Assembly: GCA_964574295.1 (NCBI GenBank)
Contig: CAZNLY010000011.1
Span: 1,142 to 65,141 of the forward strand
Length of the DNA: 64,000 nt
Origin: an uncultured Gemmatimonadaceae bacterium
GTDB lineage: Bacteria; Gemmatimonadota; Gemmatimonadetes; Gemmatimonadales; GWC2-71-9
Direction: 5' to 3'
Numbering within the stretch: the first letter of the stretch is position 1; every line of letters starts with the position of its first letter. A program made the position numbers and the translations under genes. Positions 45,302-55,969 of this stretch are shown piece by piece. Below the pieces are notes generated by a model. It saw nothing but the letters and a program-made list of their open reading frames with translations, did not search any database and was not told the origin of the DNA.

Positions 45302-47680
45302 CTACGGCGAGTCGGGCCCCTGCTGCTGCATGACTTGCCAGCGAAGGGTCGAAAGAATGGAGGCGAGGGCGGGGTTGGGGGAGAGGGCGTTGGCCAGCTC
45401 GAGGTTTGCCACCGCAAGCGAGTCGGCCTGGCGCGCCTGGAAGGCCACCCCCAGCTGCGTGGGCGGCAGCGCGAGGGTGCCGGCGAAGGCGCGGGCTGTC
45501 ACGTCCATCCAGCCGTGGGGACGGTCCACCAGGTCCGCGTAGCGGTAGGCCTCCCAGACCAGCCGCTGGGTGGTCGGGACGTCGAGCAGGGCCCCTGCCA
45601 GCCGCTGGGCATCGATGCCCGGGGCGGTGGAATCCGGCGCGGCGGTCTGCAGCGCGATCGCGAGGCCCTGCTGGAGCAGGTAGGGATCGAGGCCGAGGAA
45701 GTTGCGGCCGGTCGTGACCGACCAGGCGATCGGCCGCCGACCCAGGTTCTGCTGGATGGTGCGGACGGTCACGAAGTCGCTGGTGTAGAAGATGGTCCCG
45801 GCCGGGTACGGCTGGCGGTAGGGGCCGTAGTTTACCGTCACCGGGGCGTCGAGCCGCCGCGGGTAGGCCGCCGCGATCTCCTCGTCGGTCATCGGCAGGG
45901 TGGGCCAGTCGGGCCGGGGTGGCGGCGAGCCCCGCCAGAGGACCGGGGCGGCGGCCGAATCGAAGGGGCGCACCGGATTGTCGCGCAGCTGCCGCGCAAA
46001 CCACGGGGTGTTGGCGAGCGCCAGACAGACGATCGTCACGTCCTGCCGGATGCCTGCCACCTCCTGCGCCCACCAGAGCGGGAACGTGTCGTTGTCGCCA
46101 AAGGTGAAGAGGACGCCGTAGGGCGGGACCGAATTGAGGAGGTCGTAGGCAAAGTCGCCCGCGAGCCGGGCGTCGGCGCCGTGCCGGCGGCTCGCGGCGC
46201 TGAAGTTGGCCGCCACGGGCAGCAGCGCCACGAGCAGCAGGGCGGGTGCCGCGGCGCGGAGCGCCGTCGCGGCGGCGCGTTCCCACGCCTGGCGCACCAG
46301 GGTGGCGAGGCCGATGCCGGCCCAGACCCCCCACACCAGGAAGCTCACCACGAAGAAGTAGTCGCGCTCCCGCACCTCATGCTGGCCGGACTGGGGGAAC
46401 AGGTCATACCCGAGCGAGGCGCCGGGCTTGAAGTTCATGTAGGCCACCAGCCCGAGCCCGGTGATCAGGAAGAGCGCCATCAGCAGCCACCACCCGGCGC
46501 GGTCGGCCCGGCGGTGCGCAAAGAGCCCCCGCACGCCGAGCGCGCCGATGAGCAGCGCGCCGGCGAGCTGGCCGTCGAGCCAGCCCAGTCCCCGCCCCGC
46601 CGCGCTCCGGGCCCACTGCCAGCTGAAGTATTGCAGGTAGTTCTGCAGCTGCAGCCAGATGATGGCGAGGCTGCGGCCCGGGTTGTCGGGGCCGTGGAGC
46701 ACCGTGGGGTCGTCGAGGGGAGTGCGGACCGGGTACTGCGCGCGCCGGACGACGGCGAGGAGCGCGTCCCAGGTGGAAGGGTCGGCCTCGTTGGGGATCG
46801 GCCCCTGCCCCGCGCGGATGTACAGGAAGCCGTAGGTCGTCACGCCGATCGCCGCGAGGGCGAGCGCCACCAACGCAAAGGGCAGGAGGCCGGTGGTGGC
46901 CGCGAACGCGGCCGCGGCGGCGAAGCAGATTCCGCCGACGAGGATCAGCGGCGTGCTGCCCAGGCCGGTCCCGATCAGGAGCGCCCACAGCCCGGCGACG
47001 ACCGCCACCGTGGCCCACTCGCGCCGACGCCCCTCGGCCGACGCCGCCGGCTCGCCGTGGATCACCGATGCCATGAAGAGGACGATCGCCGGCCCCGCCA
47101 GCAACGCCAGCAGGTGGTTGCCCATCGAGAGGCCGCCGAGGTAGACCACCAGCAGGAGGAGGCGGGTGCCGTGGTCGGTACCGCGGGCCGCCCGCCATCG
47201 CAGCGCCAGCCAGCAGGTCAGGGCGATCGTGAAGGTGGCGACGGTGTAGACCTCGGTCTCGTTGGAGTTCTGCCACTGCGTGAACGAGAAGGCCGCCAGG
47301 AGCGCCGCCGCCGTGCCGCCTCCCACCGCCACCAGCCGCCGGGGTCCCTCGGCCAGGTCCGCCGCGCTCCTGCGGAGCGCATCATGCGCCACGAGGAAGA
47401 ACCCCGCCGCCGCGAGCGCGCTGAAGGTGGCGCTCATCAGGTTGGTGCGCCACGCATACTCGCCGACCGGCAGGAGGTCGGCCCAGACGTGCCCCAGCAG
47501 CACGAAGAGCGGCGTGCCCGGCGGGTGCGGAATCCCGAGGTTGTGTGTCGCGGCGATGAGCTCCCCGGCGTCCCAGAAGGTCACGCTCGGCGCCAGGGTC
47601 AGCACGTAGCCAAGGAGGACCAGCGCGAACACCACGAGGGCGGCGCGGTACGGCGGGCGTTCGGCGTCGAGGGCGGTCAG
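45302..47680 (-). CDS. DUF2723 (TMEM260-like GT-C glycosyltransferase) membrane protein
   Basis: TLAPSVTFWDAGEL, PHPPGTPLF, ETEVY, HEVRERDYFF, GDNDTFPLW; start uncertain (CTG 47680 or GTG 47635). Confidence 0.85.
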   Translation of the reverse strand: MTALDAERPPYRAALVVFALVLLGYVLTLAPSVTFWDAGELIAATHNLGIPHPPGTPLFVLLGHVWADLLPVGEYAWRTNLMSATFSALAAAGFFLVAHDALRRSAADLAEGPRRLVAVGGGTAAALLAAFSFTQWQNSNETEVYTVATFTIALTCWLALRWRAARGTDHGTRLLLLVVYLGGLSMGNHLLALLAGPAIVLFMASVIHGEPAASAEGRRREWATVAVVAGLWALLIGTGLGSTPLILVGGICFAAAAAFAATTGLLPFALVALALAAIGVTTYGFLYIRAGQGPIPNEADPSTWDALLAVVRRAQYPVRTPLDDPTVLHGPDNPGRSLAIIWLQLQNYLQYFSWQWARSAAGRGLGWLDGQLAGALLIGALGVRGLFAHRRADRAGWWLLMALFLITGLGLVAYMNFKPGASLGYDLFPQSGQHEVRERDYFFVVSFLVWGVWAGIGLATLVRQAWERAAATALRAAAPALLLVALLPVAANFSAASRRHGADARLAGDFAYDLLNSVPPYGVLFTFGDNDTFPLWWAQEVAGIRQDVTIVCLALANTPWFARQLRDNPVRPFDSAAAPVLWRGSPPPRPDWPTLPMTDEEIAAAYPRRLDAPVTVNYGPYRQPYPAGTIFYTSDFVTVRTIQQNLGRRPIAWSVTTGRNFLGLDPYLLQQGLAIALQTAAPDSTAPGIDAQRLAGALLDVPTTQRLVWEAYRYADLVDRPHGWMDVTARAFAGTLALPPTQLGVAFQARQADSLAVANLELANALSPNPALASILSTLRWQVMQQQGPDSP

Positions 47681-48851
47681 GCAGAGGCTCCGAGGGCGTG
47701 GGCCACGGCAAGCGCATCGCGCACCGCGGCGGGGTCGTGGACGCGAAAGAGGCGGGCCCCGCGTTCGTAGGCCAGGGCGGCGACGGCCGCAGTGGCGCGG
47801 TCACGATCCCCGACGTCGCGCCCGGTGATGGCGCCGAGGAACCGCTTCCGGGACGGCCCGACGAGGATGGGACGCCCGAGGGCGCTGAGCGCCCCGAGCC
47901 GGCCGGCGAGCAGGATACTCTGCTCCGGAGTCTTGGCAAAGCCAAGCCCCGGGTCCACGACGATGCGTTCGAGGGGAATCCCCGCACGGGTGGCGCGGTC
48001 GAGCGCGGCACGCAACTCGTCGAGCACCCCGGCCACGACGCCACCCTCGTACGTGGCGTCGTCGTAGGTGGCCATCGTGGAGACCGTGCCCCGCGAGTGC
48101 ATCAGGACCAGCCCGGCGCCGGCGTCGGCCACCACGCCGGCGAGCGCGGGGTCGAGCCGCAGGCCGGAGACGTCGTTGATGATCCCGGCCCCGGCCTCCA
48201 AGGCCGCGCGAGCCGTGGCCGCCTTGACCGTGTCCACCGACACCGGCACCGCCGGCCACCGTTCGCGCAGCGCACGCACCACCGGAACCACGCGGGCCGC
48301 TTCTTCCTCGGCCGGCACCGGCTCCGGCCGCCCCGGGCGGGTGGACTCGCCGCCGAGGTCGAAGATCCCGGCACCGCCGGCGACCAGCTCCGCCGCCCGC
48401 GCCACGGCCGACTCCACCGTCGGCAGGCGACCGCCGTCGCTGAAGCTGTCGGGGGTGACATTGAGGATGCCCACCAGGACCGGTTCGGCAAGGCTCACGG
48501 CGCCGTGGCCGGTGAGCCAGACCTCGGGCAGTTCGACCGGCAGCGCCAGCCCGACCTGGTACGCCACCTCCGCGAGGGCCGGCGGCCCGCCCCAAGGGCG
48601 CGCCAAGGCCTGCAGCCGGGCGCGGCTCCCGCTCACGACGGCGCCCTCCGGCAGCGTGATGACGTCCAATCCGAGGCGGGATCCTGCGTGGGTCACGAGC
48701 ACCTCGAGGGTGGCCGCGTCGAGGCCGGTCAGAAGCAAGGCGGCCGCCTCACTGCCGTGGGCGGCCGCCTCGGCCGACTCGCCTGCCATTCCTCCGGCCC
48801 GCAACGCCGCCCGGACCGCCGCCGGGTTGGCGGCGGGGAGCGGAGTGGCCC

Positions 48852-48855
<4 letters not shown>
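47677..48855 (-). CDS. folP: Dihydropteroate synthase with ~115-aa N-terminal extension
   Basis: GILNVTPDSFSDGG, GGESTRPG, NDVSG, DPGLGFAK, SRKRF, RVHD; GTG 48855 overlaps the ftsH stop. Confidence 0.93.
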
Positions 48856-50825
<1,970 letters not shown>

Positions 50826-50828
50826 GCC

Positions 50829-51374
50829 TCAGTCCAGGTCAACGATGTAGGGGAGGTGCCGGCAGTCCTCCGCGTGGTCCAGCCCGTAGCCGACCAGGAA
50901 GGCCGGCGGGGCGTGGAACCCGGTGAATCGGAGTTCCGGGGGCGGCTCCGGCGCAATTCGCTTGTCCAGCAGCGTGCAGATGGACAGGCTGGCCGGGTGC
51001 CGCGCGCGAAGCAGCTCGACCAGCCGCTTCAGCGTCCTCCCGCTGTCAATTATATCCTCGACGACGACAATATGTTTGCCGGCCAGGTCGCTGGCGGGGT
51101 CGTAGAGCAACCGGACGTTGCCGCTCGACACGGTGCCGGTCCCGTAGCTGCTGACCACCAGGAAGTCCACCTGGAGCGGCCGCTCCACCGCCCGGACCAG
51201 GTCGGCCAGGAAGATGAAGCTCCCCTTGAGGAGGCCCAGGAGGAGGAGGTCGCCGTCAGGATAGGCGGCGGTGATCTCCCGGCCCAGCTCCCCGACACGG
51301 GCCGCGATCTGCTCGGCCGTGAAGACCACCGACTTGGCCTTCCGGCCGCCCGAGCGCCGGCCGAGGTCATCCAC
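50829..51374 (-). CDS. hpt: Hypoxanthine phosphoribosyltransferase
   Basis: LLKGSFIFLADL, VVEDIIDSGRT, VGYGLD; GTG 51374. Confidence 0.95.
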   Translation of the reverse strand: MDDLGRRSGGRKAKSVVFTAEQIAARVGELGREITAAYPDGDLLLLGLLKGSFIFLADLVRAVERPLQVDFLVVSSYGTGTVSSGNVRLLYDPASDLAGKHIVVVEDIIDSGRTLKRLVELLRARHPASLSICTLLDKRIAPEPPPELRFTGFHAPPAFLVGYGLDHAEDCRHLPYIVDLD

Positions 51375-52740
51375 GGTGCACCTCCACGCACACCGCCTCC
51401 GCACCAGGCTCCGGAAGCGCTCCCGACCCACGGCACACGCCTGCCACCCAAACCACCTGTCCGTCCACCTCCAGCAGGGGCCAGGTCGCCCGCCGGCTCC
51501 GGGGGACTCGCGCCTCCTGCAGCAGGCGGGACACCGCTCGCCGGCCCGGCCCGCCGAGCGGGCGGATCCGGTCCCCGGCCGCCGGGGGGCGGATGACCAT
51601 CTTCTCCCCGATGAGCCACACCGTCCACCCGTCGCGCGCCACCTGCCCCGGAGCCGGGGCCGGGCGCCAGGTCACCCGCCATTCGCCGAAGCGGAGCTCC
51701 CCCGCCGGCCCCGCCAGGCGGACCGGCGCGGGCAGCGACGTGGCCCGTGAGAGGATGAGTCGTCCGAACGCGTGCTCCGCCTGCCATCCGTTCCCCAGTT
51801 CCACGCGTCGCCCGCTCCCCCCGCGCCGGAGCAGCGCGGTGACCGCCGCCGCGCGGCGGGCCCCGAGCACGAACCCGAGCCGTCGGGCGGCGGCACGAAG
51901 GAGCGAGATACCCAGCGCCGGGTCGAGGCGAACGAGGGCCAGGGCGTCCACGGAGAGCCTGCCGCCCTCGGTCTGGAGGTCGAGGCCAGGGAGCGCGCCG
52001 AGCGCCTCCTCCCATCCCCGTCGGTCGTCCGCCGCCTGGCGCGCGAGCCGCAGGATCCGCTCCGAGACCGCGGGATCGCGCCTGACCAGCAGCGGCAGGA
52101 GTTCCGTGCGGATCCACGAGCGTGCGTGCCGCGGATCGGTGTTGGCGGGATCGGTCCACGACTCGACCCCGCGGGCCGCCAGCCATTCGACCAGTTCCGC
52201 CCGGCTGAATGCCAGGAGGGGGCGGAGCAGCCGGCCGCGGCGCGGCTCCATGCCCGCGAGCCCTGCCGGCCCGCTCCCCGCCAGCACCCGGAGGAGCACC
52301 GTCTCGATCTGATCGTCGGAATGATGCGCAAGGACGATGGCGTCGGCGCCCTGGTCGCGCCGGACCGACTCGAGCCACCGGTGGCGCGCCTCGCGCGCGG
52401 TCGTCTCCGTGGCCGCCGCCCCGAGCCCGAGCCGACCCGTCACCACCGGCAGCCCCAGCCGCGCACCGGCCTCGGCCACGCGCCGCGCCACCAGGGCGCT
52501 GTCGGGATGGATGCCGTGGTCGGCATGGGCCACGACGAGCTCCAGCTGGTGGAGGCCCCGCGTCTGGTGCAGCAGGTGGAGGAGGGCGAGGGAGTCCGGG
52601 CCGCCCGAGACGGCCACCACCAAACGGCGCCAGGTGCCGGGACAGTCCAGCCCTTCCCACGCGCCCACGAAGCGGTCGATGAGGGAGTCGGCGCCCGCCG
52701 GGCTGCCTCGGCGGCGGTCAAGGATGGGCTTGGAGGACAT
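51367..52740 (-). CDS. tilS: tRNA(Ile)-lysidine synthase
   Basis: AVSGGPDS, HADHG, AHHSDDQIET, RPLL, DPAN, C-terminal TilS_C; ATG 52740 approximate. Confidence 0.95.
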   Translation of the reverse strand: MSSKPILDRRRGSPAGADSLIDRFVGAWEGLDCPGTWRRLVVAVSGGPDSLALLHLLHQTRGLHQLELVVAHADHGIHPDSALVARRVAEAGARLGLPVVTGRLGLGAAATETTAREARHRWLESVRRDQGADAIVLAHHSDDQIETVLLRVLAGSGPAGLAGMEPRRGRLLRPLLAFSRAELVEWLAARGVESWTDPANTDPRHARSWIRTELLPLLVRRDPAVSERILRLARQAADDRRGWEEALGALPGLDLQTEGGRLSVDALALVRLDPALGISLLRAAARRLGFVLGARRAAAVTALLRRGGSGRRVELGNGWQAEHAFGRLILSRATSLPAPVRLAGPAGELRFGEWRVTWRPAPAPGQVARDGWTVWLIGEKMVIRPPAAGDRIRPLGGPGRRAVSRLLQEARVPRSRRATWPLLEVDGQVVWVAGVCRGSGALPEPGAEAVCVEVHRG

Positions 52741-52752
52741 GCGGGAAAGGTA
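52738..52752 (-). promoter_or_regulatory. Putative leaderless promoter of tilS
   Basis: TACCTT-TCCCGC-ATG with the same 6-nt spacer as ftsY. Confidence 0.45.
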
Positions 52753-52784
52753 CCTCGCCGCTCCGCCCGAGGAAGGCGAGGCGC

Positions 52785-53858
52785 TCAGTCGGGGAAGCGC
52801 TGGACCAGCTTGCCGTCGCTGGCCAGGACGGCGGACACCCGACCGTCCGACTCGAGGTAGCCCTGGAGCTTGACCTGCCCCGTTCCGAGGTCGAGCCGCG
52901 GCACCGGCACGCGGAGGATCCACCGCTGCACGATCCACCCGCCACCCGGGAGGGGGGCAAAGCGCAGCGAGCCTCCCGCCTCGGCGGCCCGCGCCCAGGT
53001 CGGCAGCCGGGTGTAGCGGAACTCGAGACGCCGAAGGGCCGCCCCGTCGCGCTCGAGCCAGAGCGTGCCCCGGATGTCGGCACGCCGGTCCTGCGCGATC
53101 GGGGTGAAGGCGAGCCCGATCAGCCCGGGCGGATCGGCCGGGCCCGGCGGGACCGTGCGGAAGCAGTGCCCGGCGAAGAACGCCTCGGAGAGGAGGAACT
53201 CCGGGTCCGGCCCGTACCAGGTCGGCCCGGCGACGAGATCCTCCATGTTCTCGATGAATCCACTCACCAGGAGGGTGTCGGCCGGTGGGCTCCGGACGGG
53301 CCAGCTGCTGATGCTCACCTCCGGCTCCTTCCGCGCCGCGGAGAGCTGCCCCGTGGCGTCGACGTCGCGCTCCTCGAGGACGGTCTCGAAGCGGTAGGCC
53401 CGCGAGCTCACAGTGGCATTGGTCAGCGCCAGGGCGGTCCCGGCCTGGATCCAGAGCGTCGACGAGAGGGTGTCCAGCCTGGCCCGGCCCCCGCAGCGTT
53501 CGTCGCCGGCGACCGTGATTTCGGGCAGGGTGACCGGCACGGAGGCGAGCCGGAAGCGCTGATCCACAAGGGCGCCGTCGGCCAGCGTCACCGTGGCCTC
53601 CCACGGGGGGAAGCCAATCCGGAGGATGCGGAGGTGATAGGTGCCGGCGCGAGGCGCCTGGAGCTGAAAGCGACCGGAGCTGGTCGACGGAACCTGCCCC
53701 ACTCGCGCCCCGGCAGAGTCCTCCAGAACGACGAAGGCCCCCGCCACCGGCGTATCTGTGCCCTCCTCGACGAGGCTGCCGCGGAGGGTCTGGGCACCGG
53801 CGCTGCCAACGGCCCCGAGCATCAGGAGGCCGAGGCACCAGCACGGGGCATGGGACAT
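52785..53858 (-). CDS. Secreted carboxypeptidase-regulatory-like (Cna-B type) domain protein
   Basis: Signal peptide then AQTLRGSLVEEGTDTPVAGAFV...SGRFQL...GTYHLRILRIG...LPEITV; ATG 53858. Confidence 0.7.
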   Translation of the reverse strand: MSHAPCWCLGLLMLGAVGSAGAQTLRGSLVEEGTDTPVAGAFVVLEDSAGARVGQVPSTSSGRFQLQAPRAGTYHLRILRIGFPPWEATVTLADGALVDQRFRLASVPVTLPEITVAGDERCGGRARLDTLSSTLWIQAGTALALTNATVSSRAYRFETVLEERDVDATGQLSAARKEPEVSISSWPVRSPPADTLLVSGFIENMEDLVAGPTWYGPDPEFLLSEAFFAGHCFRTVPPGPADPPGLIGLAFTPIAQDRRADIRGTLWLERDGAALRRLEFRYTRLPTWARAAEAGGSLRFAPLPGGGWIVQRWILRVPVPRLDLGTGQVKLQGYLESDGRVSAVLASDGKLVQRFPD

Positions 53859-53904
53859 GGGAAATGGGAAGGTGGCGGCGCGGCGTGGCACCCGGGCCCG
53901 CCGC

Positions 53905-54396
53905 CTACTTCTTGAGGTACACGCTCGTCTTGCCGGCCTTGTCCCAGGCCACCACGTCGTAGTGCTGGACCGGGGTGCCGGGCATTCCGGGTGAGCCGAT
54001 GGGCATCCCCGGCACGCCGATGCCGGCCAGCTTGGGCTTCTCGGCGAGCAGCTTGCGGAGGGCGTCCACGGGGACGTGTCCCTCGACCACGTACCCGTCA
54101 ACGACCGCGGTGTGACAGGTCCGCACCGCCGGCGGCACGCCCGAGGCCGACTTGATCTCGGAGAGGTCGTCGAGGTCCACCACCTTGACCTGGTAGCCAT
54201 TGGTGCGCAGGTAGTCGACCCACGCTCCGCAGCAGCCGCACGAGGGGGACTTGTAGACGGTGACGACGGTCGGGGCCGGCGACGAGGACCGCGCCGGCGA
54301 GGCGGCGCCGAGCGCGAGGGCGCCCACTGCGGCGGCCACGAGGATGAGCAGCGCCGAGAGACGGGGGAGGCGACGCGGCGCCTTGGGGGTCCTCAT
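53905..54396 (-). CDS. DUF411 periplasmic metal-binding protein
   Basis: Signal peptide, VYKSPSCGCC, CHTA, EGHVP, PGMPIGSPGM; ATG 54396. Confidence 0.9.
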   Translation of the reverse strand: MRTPKAPRRLPRLSALLILVAAAVGALALGAASPARSSSPAPTVVTVYKSPSCGCCGAWVDYLRTNGYQVKVVDLDDLSEIKSASGVPPAVRTCHTAVVDGYVVEGHVPVDALRKLLAEKPKLAGIGVPGMPIGSPGMPGTPVQHYDVVAWDKAGKTSVYLKK

Positions 54397-54521
54397 CGCG
54401 ACGGGCCTCGCTCGTCGGCGGCGCGGCGGTGCCACTCGAGCACCATGCCGCGAAAGAGCATCACGCCGAACACGAGCACGAAGATGCCCACGACGACGGG
54501 GCCGTAGGTCTGGGTAGGCAT
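54393..54521 (-). CDS. Small single-TM protein, 42 aa (not in ORF track)
   Basis: MPTQTYGPVVVGIFVLVFGVMLFRGMVLEWHRRAADERGPSR; SD AGGTGAGG 9 nt upstream; TAGTAT further upstream; ATGA overlap with DUF411. Confidence 0.7.
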   Translation of the reverse strand: MPTQTYGPVVVGIFVLVFGVMLFRGMVLEWHRRAADERGPSR

Positions 54522-54554
54522 GCGGTCGATCCTCACCTGGGGATGATCTGGATA

Positions 54555-55028
54555 CTAGCGACCCGCCCGCCCCTCGGCCAGCGCCTGCAGCGCCGCCAGA
54601 TGTTCCTCGAGAAGCTCGGCGGTGACCCGCTCTACCGCCGAACGGGGGACCACCGTCCCGAGCGCACGCCCGCGGATGGCGGCCTCGCACGCGACCAGCG
54701 TGCCCCGGCCGCGCACCGCGAAGCCGTACGCAATGTCGAGATCGAAGAGGGCGTGGCTGACGGTGACCGCCAGCCGGGAGGGCGACTCGAACTCCGTGAC
54801 CGTCCCATGACAGGCGGTGGCGACGAGGCCGATGCGGATCCGCTGGACGAAGGTGGCGCCGAGGCCGAACCCCCCGGGCGCTCCCTCGGGCGTCATGACG
54901 CTTCGGAGCCCGGGCACCCACGCCTTGAGCGCCTCCGCGTCCTCTACCAGGCGCCAGACCGCCGGACGCGGCGCCGCCACCAACACCTCGTGCGCCAGCT
55001 GGTGCTCGGTGTCCCGTCCCTCCGTCAT
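54555..55028 (-). CDS. SRPBCC (START-like) family protein
   Basis: VAAPRPAVWRLV..WVPGL..GATF pattern. Confidence 0.75.
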   Translation of the reverse strand: MTEGRDTEHQLAHEVLVAAPRPAVWRLVEDAEALKAWVPGLRSVMTPEGAPGGFGLGATFVQRIRIGLVATACHGTVTEFESPSRLAVTVSHALFDLDIAYGFAVRGRGTLVACEAAIRGRALGTVVPRSAVERVTAELLEEHLAALQALAEGRAGR

Positions 55029-55684
55029 GTTCCCCCTCCACGCCGGCGAATCTCGACGGACTCGATGACCTCGACCCCGGGGCGCCTGAGCATCGCCGCA
55101 TCGACGAGCACCCGGGCCACCGCGGCGGCCTGCACCGGCCGGTAACGGCCCGGGATGAGGAAGCCGAGGGGCTTGGCAAGCGCCTCGCCGAGGCGGAACT
55201 CGCGGCGCGGGCCCAGGAGCAGCGAGGGTCGAAGGATGGCAATCGATGCCGGGCCGAGTCGCCGCACCTCCTCCTCGACCTCGCCCTTCACTCGGCTGTA
55301 GAACACCCGGGACCGGGGGTCGGCGCCGAGCGAACTCACCAGGCCGAAGTGCGCCGCGCCCTGCGCGCGCGCGAGCCGCGCCGCCGCGACCGGGATGTCG
55401 TGGTCCACCGCGCGGAACGCCGCCTGCGACCCGGCGGCCTGGATAGTGGTCCCCACGGCGCAGAGGACGGCGTTCACCGCAAACTCCGCCGTGGCGGCGT
55501 CCAGGTTCGCGAAATCCTCCAGCACCCGCACGCGGAGCCGGGGCCGGTCCTGACCGGGAGGCCGCCGCACGAGGATGCGCACCGCCGACCAGCGGGGATC
55601 GGCCAGGAGGAGTTCCAGCGCCGCGACGCCGACCAGGCCGGTGGCGCCGAGCAGGAGGACGGTGCCGGTGCCGGCCCCGCTCAC
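55025..55684 (-). CDS. NAD(P)-binding Rossmann protein (YraR/TIP30-like)
   Basis: LLGATGLVG, CAVGTT..AGSQAAFRAVD, SSLGAD, YSRVKG, RPSLLLG. Confidence 0.88.
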   Translation of the reverse strand: MSGAGTGTVLLLGATGLVGVAALELLLADPRWSAVRILVRRPPGQDRPRLRVRVLEDFANLDAATAEFAVNAVLCAVGTTIQAAGSQAAFRAVDHDIPVAAARLARAQGAAHFGLVSSLGADPRSRVFYSRVKGEVEEEVRRLGPASIAILRPSLLLGPRREFRLGEALAKPLGFLIPGRYRPVQAAAVARVLVDAAMLRRPGVEVIESVEIRRRGGGT

Positions 55685-55944
55685 AACATCCGGCGCATGC
55701 GATCGAACCCCGTGCGGATCTCGTCGCCGAGCGTCTTGGCCGCCGCGGCCACGTCGTCCATCACGTCACCCGCCTCGCTTCCCGCGCGATCCAGGCGGCC
55801 GCGCAGTTCGGCGATGCGCCCTTCCAGTCGCTCCCACTCCTGCCTGGCCTCCGCCTTCCCGAGGTGGACGCGCACCCGAAGTTCGTCGCGCTCCTGCTCC
55901 AGCCGGTCGAGCATCTCGTTCAGTCGTTCACGCATGGTGGGCAC
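55681..55944 (-). CDS. Small coiled-coil hypothetical protein
   Basis: RDELRVRVHLGKAEARQEWERLE; GAGGGAG SD before GTG 55944 (alternative ATG 55935). Confidence 0.7.
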   Translation of the reverse strand: MPTMRERLNEMLDRLEQERDELRVRVHLGKAEARQEWERLEGRIAELRGRLDRAGSEAGDVMDDVAAAAKTLGDEIRTGFDRMRRML

Positions 55945-55969
55945 GGTGTACTCCCTCACGCAGGGGTCG

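Noticed and set aside
53850-53872. Three near-tandem TCCCAT units around the start of the carboxypeptidase-regulatory-like gene
   Set aside because: Too short and irregular for an array or a phase-variable tract.
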